Source: Candidatus Hadarchaeales archaeon (GTDB taxonomy: Archaea; Hadarchaeota; Hadarchaeia; Hadarchaeales; Hadarchaeaceae). From it: a stretch of DNA of 32,000 bases. The translations under genes were made by a program, and so were the position numbers. The DNA lies in contig JAWBCC010000005.1 of assembly GCA_038823825.1 (NCBI GenBank), positions 14,691 through 46,690 on the forward strand. Direction: 5' to 3'. This document shows positions 18,545 through 27,601 of this stretch, piece by piece. The notes below the pieces were generated by a model, which was not told where the DNA came from, searched no databases, and saw only the letters and a list, made by a program, of their open reading frames with translations. Positions within the stretch are counted from its first letter, which is position 1. The number at the start of each line of letters is the position of its first letter.

Positions 18545-19894
18545 ATGGTTCTGGAAAAACTCGGAAAGTCTCTCCAAGCAGCACTACAGAAGCTGTCTAG
18601 GAGCACATATGTGGATGAAAAGGCTGTTAAAGAGCTTGTAAAAGACATACAAAGGGCGCTTCTTCAGGCTGATGTTGACGTGAAGCTCGTTTTGGAGCTG
18701 ACGAAAAAAATCGAGAAGAGAGCGCTGGAGGAGAAGATACCGCCTGGACTCAACAGAAGAGCTCATGTTGTGAAAATCGTTTTTGAGGAACTGTCGGAAT
18801 TTCTCGGAAAGCCATCAAAATTCGAGCTGGAGCCCGGAAAGACAAAAATCGTGATGATGGTTGGACTCCAGGGTAGTGGTAAAACTACAACGGTTGCAAA
18901 GCTTGCCACCTACTTCAAAAAGAAGGGATATAGAGTTGGGGTTGTTTGCGCAGATACGTTCAGACCGGGGGCTCTGGAGCAGCTACTCCAGCTGTCCGAG
19001 AAAGGCGGATTTGAGGTCTTTGGTGACCCAGCGGAGAAGGATTCCGTGAAAATCGCAAGAAATGGAGTTGAACATTTCAAAAAGTCGGGTTGTGATTTGA
19101 TCTTAGTTGACACGGCTGGGAGACACAAGAAAGAAAGTGAACTGATGGAGGAGATGAAAAGACTGGCGGAGGAGATAAAGCCTGACGAAGTTATGCTCGT
19201 GATAGACGGAACGATCGGCCAGCAGGCGAGGGCACAGGCAGAAGCATTTAACGCTGCAACCTCGATCGGCTCCATCTTCATTACAAAGCTTGACGGGACG
19301 GCAAAAGGTGGTGGCGCGTTATCGGCAGTCGCGGCGACCGGGGCAACGATAAAGTTCATCGGGACTGGAGAGCACTTGGACGAAATCGAGCCTTACGAGC
19401 CCTCAAAGTTTTTGGCTAGACTTCTAGGAATGGGAGATCTGGAGACGTTGCTCAAGCGTATAGAGGAAATCGTTGAAAAAGAGAAGATAAAGTTTCCTGA
19501 AAAGAAAGAGCTGGCGGCCGGCAAGCTCACGCTACGAGATGTCTATCAACAGCTTGAAGCGTTGGAGAAAACCGGTCCGCTAAGGAAAGTCATGCAGATG
19601 CTTCCGGGGTTTGGGTCCTCGATACCGGAGGAGCAGTTTAGAGTTGGAGAAGAAAAACTCAAGAAATTCAAGGTTATCATGCAGTCGATGACGAGGGAGG
19701 AACTGGAAAACCCGAGAATCATAAATGCTTCGAGGATAAGGAGAATTGCACGTGGGTCTGGGACATCTGAAGCAGATGTCAAGGAACTTTTAAAGCAGTA
19801 TGAGATGATGCAGAAGATGCTCAAGACCTTTGCGAAAGGCAGAATTCCGAAAACCGGACCATGGGCAAAACTTTTGAAGAATCTTGAGGGTTAA
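18545..19894 (+). CDS. srp54: signal recognition particle protein SRP54
   Basis: MVGLQGSGKTTTVAKLATYFKKKGYRVGVVCADTFRPGALEQLLQL..DTAGRHKKESELMEEM..TKLDGTAKGGGALS and C-terminal M domain. ATG at 18545, or the in-frame TTG at 18530. Confidence 0.97.
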   Translation: MVLEKLGKSLQAALQKLSRSTYVDEKAVKELVKDIQRALLQADVDVKLVLELTKKIEKRALEEKIPPGLNRRAHVVKIVFEELSEFLGKPSKFELEPGKTKIVMMVGLQGSGKTTTVAKLATYFKKKGYRVGVVCADTFRPGALEQLLQLSEKGGFEVFGDPAEKDSVKIARNGVEHFKKSGCDLILVDTAGRHKKESELMEEMKRLAEEIKPDEVMLVIDGTIGQQARAQAEAFNAATSIGSIFITKLDGTAKGGGALSAVAATGATIKFIGTGEHLDEIEPYEPSKFLARLLGMGDLETLLKRIEEIVEKEKIKFPEKKELAAGKLTLRDVYQQLEALEKTGPLRKVMQMLPGFGSSIPEEQFRVGEEKLKKFKVIMQSMTREELENPRIINASRIRRIARGSGTSEADVKELLKQYEMMQKMLKTFAKGRIPKTGPWAKLLKNLEG

Positions 19895-19931
19895 ATAAGA
19901 CCGCACGATAGGATAAAAGGGAGGATTTGAG

Positions 19932-20225
19932 ATGCCACGCAGATCAAGGGGTTTGAGAAGCAAAGGGAGGGGCATATTCACGAAGAAGCCCAGAATGCGG
20001 GGGAAGTTTTCTGTGGTAGAAGCCACTCGCGAGCTCCCGCTCGGATGCAAAGTAAGCATTCTGATAAATCCTACCATTGTGAAGGGACAACCGCACCACC
20101 GCTACCACGGTAGGGTGGGTATAATAAGAGAAAAGAGAGGAAGAGCATATATAGTGGAAGTGAGGGATGGGGGGAAGATAAAGAAATTAGTCGTGGGGCG
20201 CGAACATCTGAGGATGGTGGCGTGA
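19932..20225 (+). CDS. rpl21e: ribosomal protein L21e
   Basis: MPRRSRGLRSKGRGIFTKKPRMRGKFS..GCKVSILINPTIVKGQPHHRYHGRVGIIREKRGRAYIVEV. Confidence 0.96.
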   Translation: MPRRSRGLRSKGRGIFTKKPRMRGKFSVVEATRELPLGCKVSILINPTIVKGQPHHRYHGRVGIIREKRGRAYIVEVRDGGKIKKLVVGREHLRMVA

Positions 20226-20557
20226 TGATCGGGAAGAGGATAATTAGGGAGACTCCTATAACCATTGCGGAGGCTTTGGAGATTTTGGAGGGTGAGGGAG
20301 ACCGGCTCGAGGCCTCCCAGAGGATGGCCCGTGACTATGCGCAGAAGTTTGCAAAAATAGATGGGAAAACGGCCCGACAGATAAAAGAGGAGCTTTTGAA
20401 GCTGGGTAAACTTTCCGAACGCCAGATCGTGATGCTCATCAATTTGATGCCAAAGCGAAAAGAGGAAATCGAACTTCTCTTCGCAAAAGAGCGGGTCAGG
20501 CTGGAAGACCAGGACTACGAGACAATTCTTCAAACACTAAGGAGATTTTCTGAGTAA
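20222..20557 (+). CDS. rpoF: Rpb4/RpoF-family RNA polymerase subunit
   Basis: ITIAEALEIL..LEASQRMARDYAQKFAKIDGKTARQIKEELLKLGKLSERQIVMLINLMPKRKEEIELLF; position between L21e and DUF655. Confidence 0.9.
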   Translation: MMIGKRIIRETPITIAEALEILEGEGDRLEASQRMARDYAQKFAKIDGKTARQIKEELLKLGKLSERQIVMLINLMPKRKEEIELLFAKERVRLEDQDYETILQTLRRFSE

Positions 20558-20583
20558 GCGGTAGCAAAAGAGGGTGATACCTT

Positions 20584-21174
20584 ATGATTGACAAAAAATA
20601 TGAGGATAGAGGGATAGTGCTGGATTTCCTTCCACATGGTAGCCCGAAAGACCCAAGGCCTGTGCACCTGAGGGAGCCGATTGCGCAGATAATCGGTGAC
20701 ACATTTTTTACCCTGCTGGAGGTGGTTCCGTTCAAGGGCGTAACTCTTCAGCTGCAAGAGGTCGTAAACATTGGAAAAGAAGGCAGAGACAAAATCGAGA
20801 GAATAAAAAGAAGAATAGGTTATGAAGATTTGACTTCGGTTGCGAGGGGAGAACTTCCGACGGCGATAAGGAAGATAGTCACGAAAAATCCACAGCGGTT
20901 TCTAGATTTCTTCAACAAAGCTGGACCTATAACTTCCAGATTTCACGCTCTGGAACTCATTCCCGGAATAGGCAAGAAGTTGATGTGGACGATTCTCCAG
21001 GAAAGGGAGAAACAACCTTTTCAGAGTTTTGAGGATCTCGAGAATAGGATTAAAGGAATACAAAATCCCATAGAGATGATAGTTAAAAGGGTAGAGCTGG
21101 AGCTGCAAGGTGGCGAAAAGTATCTTCTTTTTGTGAGAGGATCCCCTAAAAGGGAGACTTCCTCTTTTGCCTAG
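20584..21174 (+). CDS. DUF655 family protein (helix-hairpin-helix type)
   Basis: YEDRGIVLDFLPHGSPKDPRPVHLREPIAQIIGDTFFTLLEVVPF..SRFHALELIPGIGKKLMWTILQER; conserved neighbour of rpoF. Confidence 0.92.
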   Translation: MIDKKYEDRGIVLDFLPHGSPKDPRPVHLREPIAQIIGDTFFTLLEVVPFKGVTLQLQEVVNIGKEGRDKIERIKRRIGYEDLTSVARGELPTAIRKIVTKNPQRFLDFFNKAGPITSRFHALELIPGIGKKLMWTILQEREKQPFQSFEDLENRIKGIQNPIEMIVKRVELELQGGEKYLLFVRGSPKRETSSFA

Positions 21175-22567
21175 CCAAAGAAATCATATAGCTGAAAAGT
21201 GCGAAAACTGGCAAAATCTCGAGCCTTCCAACCAACATCTGAATTGTGAGGGAAATTTTGCCAGCGATATGCATGCTTGCCGAGGTTATTCCGACCGAGA
21301 GCCCAACATTTCCTTGAGCTGACGCGGACTCAAAGATCGAATCCAGCGGGGGATTGCCAAGATACATTAGAACTCCGGCTCCTATGAACATCACTAAAAT
21401 GTAGATGAAAATGTAGATCAGAATCTCCATTATTTCCTTCTCGGTGTATGTGTATCCTGCCAGCTTGACGGGAACTACTGCTCTATCGGGCAGAAAACTC
21501 TTCTTGAGCATCCACTGAAGCGTTTTCCCTAAAAGGATGATCCTCATGAGTTTTATCGCACTGGAGGTCGAGCCGTAGCTACCGCCGATCATCATCAAGA
21601 TTATTAGGAGAACTTTGGCTCCTTCGCCCCATTCTCGGATGTTTGCCGTGGAGAAGCCGGTGCCAGTCAGGGCTGAGGTGGTCTGAAAAAGGGAGTCAGT
21701 CCATCCGACGGCTTTTGCGAGAAGAAGAGTGGAAACCGCGATTATTATCAGCATGGACCTTGCCTCTATGTTCCCGAAGAATTCCCGGATATCCAAGCGT
21801 TTTCTGAAAACCCTATCATGGACGGTAAAGTTTGTTGCTCCCCATATCATAACGATTAGGATGACTAGTTTGACTGACAATCCATAAGCCGCGAAAGAGT
21901 TGTTCTTCACGGAAAATCCTCCAGTAGCGATTGCTGTCATCGCATGATTGACGGCTTCGAAAAGTGAAGAGTTCGGCCAAGAGGCAAAGTAAAATAGAAT
22001 TACTCCCAAAACTGTGAGAATCGTATAAATCTTCCAGAGGGCTCTCGCGGTTTCCCTTATGTTGGGCATTATCAGAACAGGGTGAGCCTCGGCGAGATAT
22101 ATCTTTCTGTGAGCTCGACCGAAACCTAAGGCCGCTGTGAGGAAGAGAACCATCACCCCCAGACCGCCAACCCATTGAGTTAAGCTCCTCCACAGAAGTA
22201 ATGTTCGCTCTATGTTTTCCACATCCTTTATCATTGTGAGACCTGTTGCGGTAAGGCCCGACATGCTCTCAAAGTATGCGTCGACAGGAGACATGCGAAG
22301 TGTTGTGATGAACGGAATTGAAGCGAAAAACGAAAACACAATCCAGACTATTGCTGTCAAAACCATTGTTTCTCCGAGGGTCATCTCTTCTTCAGGCTTC
22401 GATTTCCTCTTTATCAAAAATCCGAGGAAAAAACAAGAAAGAGATGTTAAAATGAATGAAGGCATAACCCAGAATTCGTTGAGAAATGGAGCAACGAATG
22501 CTGGAGCAAGCATCACAACGGCGATAATCCACATAATTTGGCCTAAAAAGTATATCATGACATTCAC
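21146..22567 (-). CDS. TrkH-family potassium uptake protein
   Basis: ESMSGLTATGLTMI..RSLTQWVGGLGVMVLFLTAAL..TTSALTGTGFSTANI..MIGGSYGSTSSAIKLMRI. Confidence 0.95.
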   Translation of the reverse strand: MNVMIYFLGQIMWIIAVVMLAPAFVAPFLNEFWVMPSFILTSLSCFFLGFLIKRKSKPEEEMTLGETMVLTAIVWIVFSFFASIPFITTLRMSPVDAYFESMSGLTATGLTMIKDVENIERTLLLWRSLTQWVGGLGVMVLFLTAALGFGRAHRKIYLAEAHPVLIMPNIRETARALWKIYTILTVLGVILFYFASWPNSSLFEAVNHAMTAIATGGFSVKNNSFAAYGLSVKLVILIVMIWGATNFTVHDRVFRKRLDIREFFGNIEARSMLIIIAVSTLLLAKAVGWTDSLFQTTSALTGTGFSTANIREWGEGAKVLLIILMMIGGSYGSTSSAIKLMRIILLGKTLQWMLKKSFLPDRAVVPVKLAGYTYTEKEIMEILIYIFIYILVMFIGAGVLMYLGNPPLDSIFESASAQGNVGLSVGITSASMHIAGKISLTIQMLVGRLEILPVFALFSYMISLARQKRKSPF

Positions 22568-22620
22568 CGAGCCAAATTATAGTTTATGCGTCATTTTTTA
22601 AAGACTGGTGACTAGAATTT

Positions 22621-23220
22621 TTGGTGAAAGAAATGGAGGATACTTTAAAAGCAATAAACGAAATCACAACCTTTCTTCAACAGTTGCCTTCGAAGCTAAA
22701 GAAAAAAGAGGTCGATGCTTTTGTCGAGGTGCTCATTGGGGCTAGAAGGGTTTTCGTTGCGGGAGCTGGGCGCTCCGGACTCGTAGCCAAAGCATTTGCT
22801 ACGAGATTGATGCACTTGGATCTGGATGTCTACGTGGTTGGGGAAACGATTACTCCGGCGATAAGGCCTGGGGACATCTTGATCGCCATATCTGGTTCTG
22901 GTGAAACCGATCTGATCATAGAATCGGCAAAAATTGCGAAAAGAATAGGGGCGAAGATAATCGCTATAACATCCTATCCGAACTCAAGTTTAGCCAAGAC
23001 TGCTGACCTCGTCGTGACGGTTCCTGGGAGAACGAAGGTTGCAAAGACGACAAGGTTTATGAGAAGGGAGCTGGCTGGAGAGCATGCATCACTTGCGCCG
23101 CTCGGCACTCTCTTTGAAATCGGAACCATGGTTTTCTTAGATTCGATCATTGCGACGTTGATGAAGCGGCTGGGGAAGAAGGAAGAGGATCTAAAAGCAA
23201 AACATGCGACGATAGAGTGA
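22621..23220 (+). CDS. hxlB: 6-phospho-3-hexuloisomerase (SIS domain)
   Basis: ARRVFVAGAGRSGLVAKAFATRLMHLDLDVYVVGETITPAIRPGDILIAISGSGET. Confidence 0.92.
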   Translation: MVKEMEDTLKAINEITTFLQQLPSKLKKKEVDAFVEVLIGARRVFVAGAGRSGLVAKAFATRLMHLDLDVYVVGETITPAIRPGDILIAISGSGETDLIIESAKIAKRIGAKIIAITSYPNSSLAKTADLVVTVPGRTKVAKTTRFMRRELAGEHASLAPLGTLFEIGTMVFLDSIIATLMKRLGKKEEDLKAKHATIE

Positions 23221-23221
23221 A

Positions 23222-23593
23222 TCAAGAAGAAATAATTCGGCGAATCAAAGAAAGCCAGGCGGAGAAGTAGCCCTTCTCTCGCTCGGATATGAATGGTTTT
23301 GATATGTGCTCTTCCAGGTCTTTCTCGAGTCTTTTAAGGAATTCTAAATCTGGCTTGTTTTCCAGAAGTTTCCAAACTGCGGAAAAAGTTTGATTTCCTT
23401 CTATGGCTGCGAGCATTCCTTCAAGAGCATGTAGTATTCCCCTTTCAAACTCGCTGTTAACCTTGGCCAATTTTTCTTCTAGGACAGCACGAGCTTGCTT
23501 CAAATCTCTCTTCTTCAGTGTGGAGAGAAAGATACCTATGTCTGTGTCATCCATCAAGCCTGAATATGTTGTGTGTCGAGCTTCTTCTGTCAT
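23222..23593 (-). CDS. hypothetical protein, helical
   Basis: 123 aa ORF whose start overlaps the stop of the upstream UPF0147 gene (23590-23593), on the same strand; no family recognised. Confidence 0.5.
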   Translation of the reverse strand: MTEEARHTTYSGLMDDTDIGIFLSTLKKRDLKQARAVLEEKLAKVNSEFERGILHALEGMLAAIEGNQTFSAVWKLLENKPDLEFLKRLEKDLEEHISKPFISEREKGYFSAWLSLIRRIISS

Positions 23594-23844
23594 CTTATAG
23601 TCTCCAGTATGCTGAGAGCACTCCAGAGTTGAGTCCTCGCGTGTACCGGCATGTTTGGATCTTCGCTTATTTCCTCGAGGAGGATTCTTGCTGAGGCGGC
23701 CCGAACGGTTTGATCCTGTTTTTCATCGAGAAGGATGTTCTTGGCCTCATTTGCCGTTCTTCTTATATTGCGGGGTACGCTCATGTCTTCGCTTATTCTC
23801 GTCATTATTTCAACAACCTGCTTTATTTTATCCTCGAACGTCAT
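23590..23844 (-). CDS. UPF0147 family protein
   Basis: IVEIMTRISEDMSVPRNIRR-like QVVEIMTRISEDMSVPRNIRRTANEAKNILLDEKQDQTVRAASARILLEEISEDPNMPVHARTQLWSALSILE. Confidence 0.93.
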   Translation of the reverse strand: MTFEDKIKQVVEIMTRISEDMSVPRNIRRTANEAKNILLDEKQDQTVRAASARILLEEISEDPNMPVHARTQLWSALSILETIR

Positions 23845-23898
23845 GGTTTATCACCTGCTAGTAGACTTTTAGGTTTGCTGCTCATAAGGATTTTTCGG

Positions 23899-24222
23899 AT
23901 GAAGGATATAAAGGAAGAGCAAGTCACAAAGATTGCCGAATTTCTCCTGGCCGGAGGAAAGATGTTGGGAATACACTGCGGAAAATGTGGAAGCCCTCTT
24001 TTCGAGAAAGAGAGTAAAATCGTTTGCCCGCTCTGTGGGGAGATAGCCGGACGGAAGGAAGAGACTGCGCCAAAGGCGATGGAAAAGGTCAAGAATGTTT
24101 TGGAGAAGAAACTTGTAGAGTTGGCGGAAGAACTGGAAAAGGAGAGCGATCGGGAAAAGATTATGGGAATTCTCGATAGAATAAAATCCATCCTTGAGAC
24201 CTTAGAGCGTCTCGGGAGATAG
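23899..24222 (+). CDS. Sjogren's syndrome/scleroderma autoantigen 1-like zinc-ribbon protein
   Basis: ITKIAEFLLAGGKMLGIHCGKCGSPLFEKESKIVCPLCG; ATG at 23899 preferred over the track start 23710, which lies antisense to UPF0147. Confidence 0.82.
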   Translation: MKDIKEEQVTKIAEFLLAGGKMLGIHCGKCGSPLFEKESKIVCPLCGEIAGRKEETAPKAMEKVKNVLEKKLVELAEELEKESDREKIMGILDRIKSILETLERLGR

Positions 24223-24226
24223 AGAA

Positions 24227-24814
24227 ATGCTGGAGTTTCTAAGGATTATCGCCGGCGGTGTTATCATAGGTGTGATAACAGGAAGAATTTTAGCCGAAAA
24301 TCCCACGCACGTAAACAGACTTAGACCGAGCGTTTGGAAGAAAAAATTACAGCAGATGAGCAAAAAGAAACTGGTTGGACTACTCGGTTGGTCTGCTCTA
24401 ACTGTTTTCCTGTGTTTTATCGTTACGGGAATCGTTGGAGGACTACTTGAAAACGCAAACATAAGAGTGGTTAGACCGGAGGCAGATTTGACGAGAAGGA
24501 TTGCTGAAGTTTCAAAGATCATGTTTTTACTTTTTGCGATTCTCTTTCCGATTTTGGAGGAATGGGTCTTTAGAGGGATCTTCATCGATGAGCTGCTGAG
24601 GCTAGGAGTATCGAAGTTTGAAGCCGTCTTCGTTCCAGCTCTCACCTTCGCAACCTTCCACCTTTCGAACCCCGGAACGGAACCTGCGATAATTCTACTT
24701 CTGCTTCCGGCCGGTCTGCTGCTTGGAGTATGTTATCTAAAGGCCGGTCTTTCCGGGAGCATAATCGCACACTCTTCCTACAATTTTCTCATCTTTGTGC
24801 TGAATTATTTGTAG
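24227..24814 (+). CDS. CPBP-family (CAAX protease-like) intramembrane protein
   Basis: ILEEWVFRGIFIDELLRLG..VPALTFATFHLSNPG..LKAGLSGSIIAHSSYNF: EExxxR and H motifs. Confidence 0.88.
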   Translation: MLEFLRIIAGGVIIGVITGRILAENPTHVNRLRPSVWKKKLQQMSKKKLVGLLGWSALTVFLCFIVTGIVGGLLENANIRVVRPEADLTRRIAEVSKIMFLLFAILFPILEEWVFRGIFIDELLRLGVSKFEAVFVPALTFATFHLSNPGTEPAIILLLLPAGLLLGVCYLKAGLSGSIIAHSSYNFLIFVLNYL

Positions 24815-24850
24815 AAGCATAACTCGCTTAATTTTGCTCCAAAAAATTAA

Positions 24851-25657
24851 ATGAGGGAAATAATGAGACATGCTTTTCTTGTCGCGTATGAGGGGAGTAA
24901 CTACTACGGGTTCGTTAGGCAGCCAGGAGGAGTGCCGACTGTCGAGAGTGTTTTGCTGGGAGCGCTGAAGGATTGCGGGATCTTCACGAATCTCAAGGAG
25001 AGCAGATATCAAATAGCGGCTAGAACGGACAGGGGTGTTGGGGCGCTTGCACAAGTTTTAGCGATGAACACCCTCAAGACCCCCGAAGTGGAGGAGATCA
25101 ATTCAAGGCTTCCGGAGGATGTTGTAGTGCTCGGCGTTGGTGTTGCGGATAAGGATTTCAACCCGAGAAGAGATGTCGTCGCGAAACATTACAAATACGT
25201 GTGCGAAGTACCGGAAAACTTCAACGTGGAGATTGCGAAGGAGGCTGCCTCGATGCTTGTCGGTAAACACGATTTCAGATTTTTCTGCGCAAGGGAAAAG
25301 GGGAAGACGACAGAAGGGAAAATCCTGCTCGCGAGAGTTGATGTGGGAAAGCATCTCACGTTCGATTTCGTTGCGCCGGCCTTTCTCAGGCAGCAGGTCA
25401 GGAGAATGGTTCAGGCTTTGCTTGAGGTCGGAATCGGAGTGATCGACCTGGAATATTTTTCAGATGCTTTAAACGGAAAGGTTACCAGGTCTTTCAGGCC
25501 TGCTCCGCCAGAAGGGCTTTTTCTGGCAAACATCACCTATCGTAGACTTCTTATCCCGAGGGATGAGAAAGCGGTCGAGAGGTTTGTCTCATTTCTGCGT
25601 AAGAAAGGAGATCTCCGAGCACGCGCAATGATCGAAGTTCTTTCAGGACTCACCTAA
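24851..25657 (+). CDS. truA: tRNA pseudouridine synthase TruA
   Basis: FLVAYEGSNYYGFVRQPGG..RYQIAARTDRGVGALAQVLAMNT..KYVCEVPENFN..FLRQQVRRMV. In-frame ATG at 24863 is also possible. Confidence 0.95.
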   Translation: MREIMRHAFLVAYEGSNYYGFVRQPGGVPTVESVLLGALKDCGIFTNLKESRYQIAARTDRGVGALAQVLAMNTLKTPEVEEINSRLPEDVVVLGVGVADKDFNPRRDVVAKHYKYVCEVPENFNVEIAKEAASMLVGKHDFRFFCAREKGKTTEGKILLARVDVGKHLTFDFVAPAFLRQQVRRMVQALLEVGIGVIDLEYFSDALNGKVTRSFRPAPPEGLFLANITYRRLLIPRDEKAVERFVSFLRKKGDLRARAMIEVLSGLT

Positions 25658-26213
25658 TTTCTATTCTCTCTCCCTTCTCCTCCTCTTTCAGCCGCTTTAG
25701 GGTTACCTCGAGTATCCCGTCGGAGTATGTCGCATCAGCGCTCTTCGGATCGACCTTTGCCGGAAGGTCTATTTCCTTGTAGTATTTTCTTTCAGGCTTG
25801 TCGACCGAAATCGTTAGTTTGCTCTCTGTTGCGTAAAGTTCTATGTCTTCTCTCTTTACTCCGGGAAGTTCTGCCGTTACTTTAACGAACTTTGGTGTGG
25901 TTACGACATCGACGATGGGCTCTCTCACTTCGCTGGGCGCGAGGAAAGGACCTTCCGGTTTAACATTTCCGAATGTCCGGATCTTTGGCACGCCGTCTGG
26001 GCCGATCGTCATCGAATATCCATAGACGATGGGTCCGAAGGTTCTGATTCTCGTGCCGTCCGGGAGCTCCTTTTCTCTGAAGAGTTCCTTTGGTGCTCTC
26101 GCTGAAATTTCTTTGAAAATGTTCTCGAACATCCTATCCATCTCCCTCATGAAACGTCTGAAGTATCTCGGCCAAGGCCATTCATCGTCTTCCCAGAATT
26201 CCACATTTCTCAC
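25650..26213 (-). CDS. hsp20: Hsp20/alpha-crystallin family small heat-shock protein
   Basis: REPIVDVVTTPKFVKVTAELPGVKREDIELYATESKLTISVDKPERKYYKEIDLPAKVDPKSADATYSDGILEVTLKR; GTG start at 26213. Confidence 0.93.
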   Translation of the reverse strand: MRNVEFWEDDEWPWPRYFRRFMREMDRMFENIFKEISARAPKELFREKELPDGTRIRTFGPIVYGYSMTIGPDGVPKIRTFGNVKPEGPFLAPSEVREPIVDVVTTPKFVKVTAELPGVKREDIELYATESKLTISVDKPERKYYKEIDLPAKVDPKSADATYSDGILEVTLKRLKEEEKGERIEIR

Positions 26214-26350
26214 CCGATTAGTTTTGTCGAATGGGAAGTCTATTAATCTTTTTGCGGTATTAGATTAAAGATGGCGGCCGTGGTCTAGCCTGGTCAGGAC
26301 TTGGGCCCTCCAAGCCCACGACGCGGGTTCGAATCCCGCCGGCCGCACCT
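26144..26350. repeat. direct repeat copy A (hsp20 5' end + intergenic + tRNA-Gly)
   Basis: About 200 bp aligned by eye with 27828..28033: 57 of 63 nt identical over the hsp20 coding part, near-identical through the tRNA T-loop, with small indels in the intergenic part. Confidence 0.9.
26274..26347 (+). tRNA. tRNA-Gly (TCC)
   Basis: GCGGCCGTGGTCTAGCCTGGTCAGGACTTGGGCCCTCCAAGCCCACGACGCGGGTTCGAATCCCGCCGGCCGCA; complete cloverleaf, anticodon TCC, no encoded CCA. Confidence 0.95.
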
Positions 26351-26525
26351 CTCCGATTGCTTGAATTCCTCAAAGCCGTTTCTTCTCACAATCTCTGAAA
26401 ACGGTCAGATGACAAATAAAACCAGAGATGAGAAAACCGTAAACAGCCCCCTAGTCCAGACCATAAAGGTTGATTGGGCGATTTTGGAAAACCTGTTCCT
26501 TTTCTCAAACGTTAGTGGTTGCCCA

Positions 26526-26765
26526 TCATTTGGAGCTCAGCCACTTCTTTATCTCCTCTACCTCCGGAACCCTCCCGGCCACTTTCAGCTTTCCGTCCAC
26601 CAACACAGCTGGACTATCCGTGATTCCCCTTCTCAGCATTTCCGCTGGGTCGTAGATGGGCGTTATTTCTGCTTTGATTCCCAGCTCCTTCACCGCCTTT
26701 CTGCAATTTTCCTCTGTTTTCTTACACCTTGGGCATCCAGCTCCGAAGATTTCAATTTTCATCAT
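26526..26765 (-). CDS. small thioredoxin-like redox-active disulfide protein
   Basis: MMKIEIFGAGCPRCKKTEENCRKAVKELGIKAEITPIYDPAEMLRRGITDSPAVLVDGKLKVAGRVPEVEEIKKWL: CPRC motif and cis-Pro SPAVLVDG. Confidence 0.9.
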   Translation of the reverse strand: MMKIEIFGAGCPRCKKTEENCRKAVKELGIKAEITPIYDPAEMLRRGITDSPAVLVDGKLKVAGRVPEVEEIKKWLSSK

Positions 26766-26773
26766 TCTTTTCT

Positions 26774-26823
26774 CTATCCCTCCCGGGTTAATATAAGAAT
26801 CTATCCTCCGGTTAATATAAGAA
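26774..26823. repeat. short imperfect tandem duplication (2 units, about 23-26 bp) at the permease stop/thioredoxin leader
   Basis: Plus strand units CTATCCCTCCCGGGTTAATATAAGAA (26774-26799) and CTATCCTCC-GGTTAATATAAGAA (26801-26823). Confidence 0.85.
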
Positions 26824-27574
26824 AAGTGAAGCCTGCTACAGTGGCCCATAGGATCGCTAACAGAGCGTAAGTTATCACGGTCTTCCATCCCACTATCCTT
26901 GAGACCCCTATCATGGAAGGTATTGAGGACATGGGGGCACCGAGGAGGAAGGCGAGGGCAGCGCTTGGGGACATCCCGGAGTCCAGCAGAGCCTTCACGA
27001 AAAACACTTCCACAAGTGTTGGAGTATAAAGTGGAACCCCAATCATGGCCCCAAGGATTATGCCTAAAGATCCTGTTAAGTAAGTTCCTGTCACCTCTTT
27101 GGGAAGATATGCGTCTATGAAGCTTACCACCGCTACTCCGACAAGCAGGTAGGGGAGGACCATTCTCACAAGAGCGTATGCATCATGCAATGAGGCCACA
27201 GATTTTTCACAAAAGCTTCTTTTTACGGCTTCCTCGGCTTTTGTGGTGGAAATCCCCGCGAACTTCTCCTCCACTTTCTTGGCCCAGCCCGTTCTGGACG
27301 TTATCAGGCCGATGAGGATGGCTCCAACAAAAGCTGAGGTGAAGCGAGCTCCAGCCATGACGGGTGAAATGATCTCAGAAGTGAACAGAATGGCCAGAAA
27401 GTTTCCGGCTGGAGCCATCAAGAGAAAGGTCAAAGCTGGCCCAATGCCCGCTCCGGCTGCCATTATGCCTCCGAAGATTGGAATCATGGCACAGGAGCAT
27501 ACGGCTAGGACTGGGGCGAAGAAGGCGGCAAGAACGTAAGACCTAAGGCTTTTGCTGGAGAGATAGCTCTTCAT
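26801..27574 (-). CDS. UPF0718/DUF318-like permease, main part
   Basis: MKSYLSSKSLRSYVLAAFFAPVLAVCSCAMIPIFGGIMAAGAGIGPALTFLLMAPAGN..; CSC motif, repeated permease halves. Confidence 0.8.
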   Translation of the reverse strand: MKSYLSSKSLRSYVLAAFFAPVLAVCSCAMIPIFGGIMAAGAGIGPALTFLLMAPAGNFLAILFTSEIISPVMAGARFTSAFVGAILIGLITSRTGWAKKVEEKFAGISTTKAEEAVKRSFCEKSVASLHDAYALVRMVLPYLLVGVAVVSFIDAYLPKEVTGTYLTGSLGIILGAMIGVPLYTPTLVEVFFVKALLDSGMSPSAALAFLLGAPMSSIPSMIGVSRIVGWKTVITYALLAILWATVAGFTFLILTGG

Positions 27575-27601
27575 TTTTTTCTCTTGGGACGAAAGCCTCT
27601 A

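Noticed and set aside
23710-23898. Upstream extension of the zinc-ribbon ORF (MILFFIEKDVLGLICRSSYIAG..)
   Set aside because: Antisense to UPF0147; conserved protein starts at about 23899.
24202-24645. 147-aa antisense ORF opposite the CPBP protein
   Set aside because: The + strand has clear EExxxR motif and operon context; the antisense frame has no support.
26301-26870. 189-aa ORF starting inside tRNA-Gly and running antisense to the thioredoxin gene
   Set aside because: Starts in a tRNA gene and opposes a well-supported thioredoxin-like CDS.
26899-27539. ORFs 26899..27120 and 27243..27539 (+) opposite the permease
   Set aside because: Antisense to a convincing multi-TM permease; no independent evidence.
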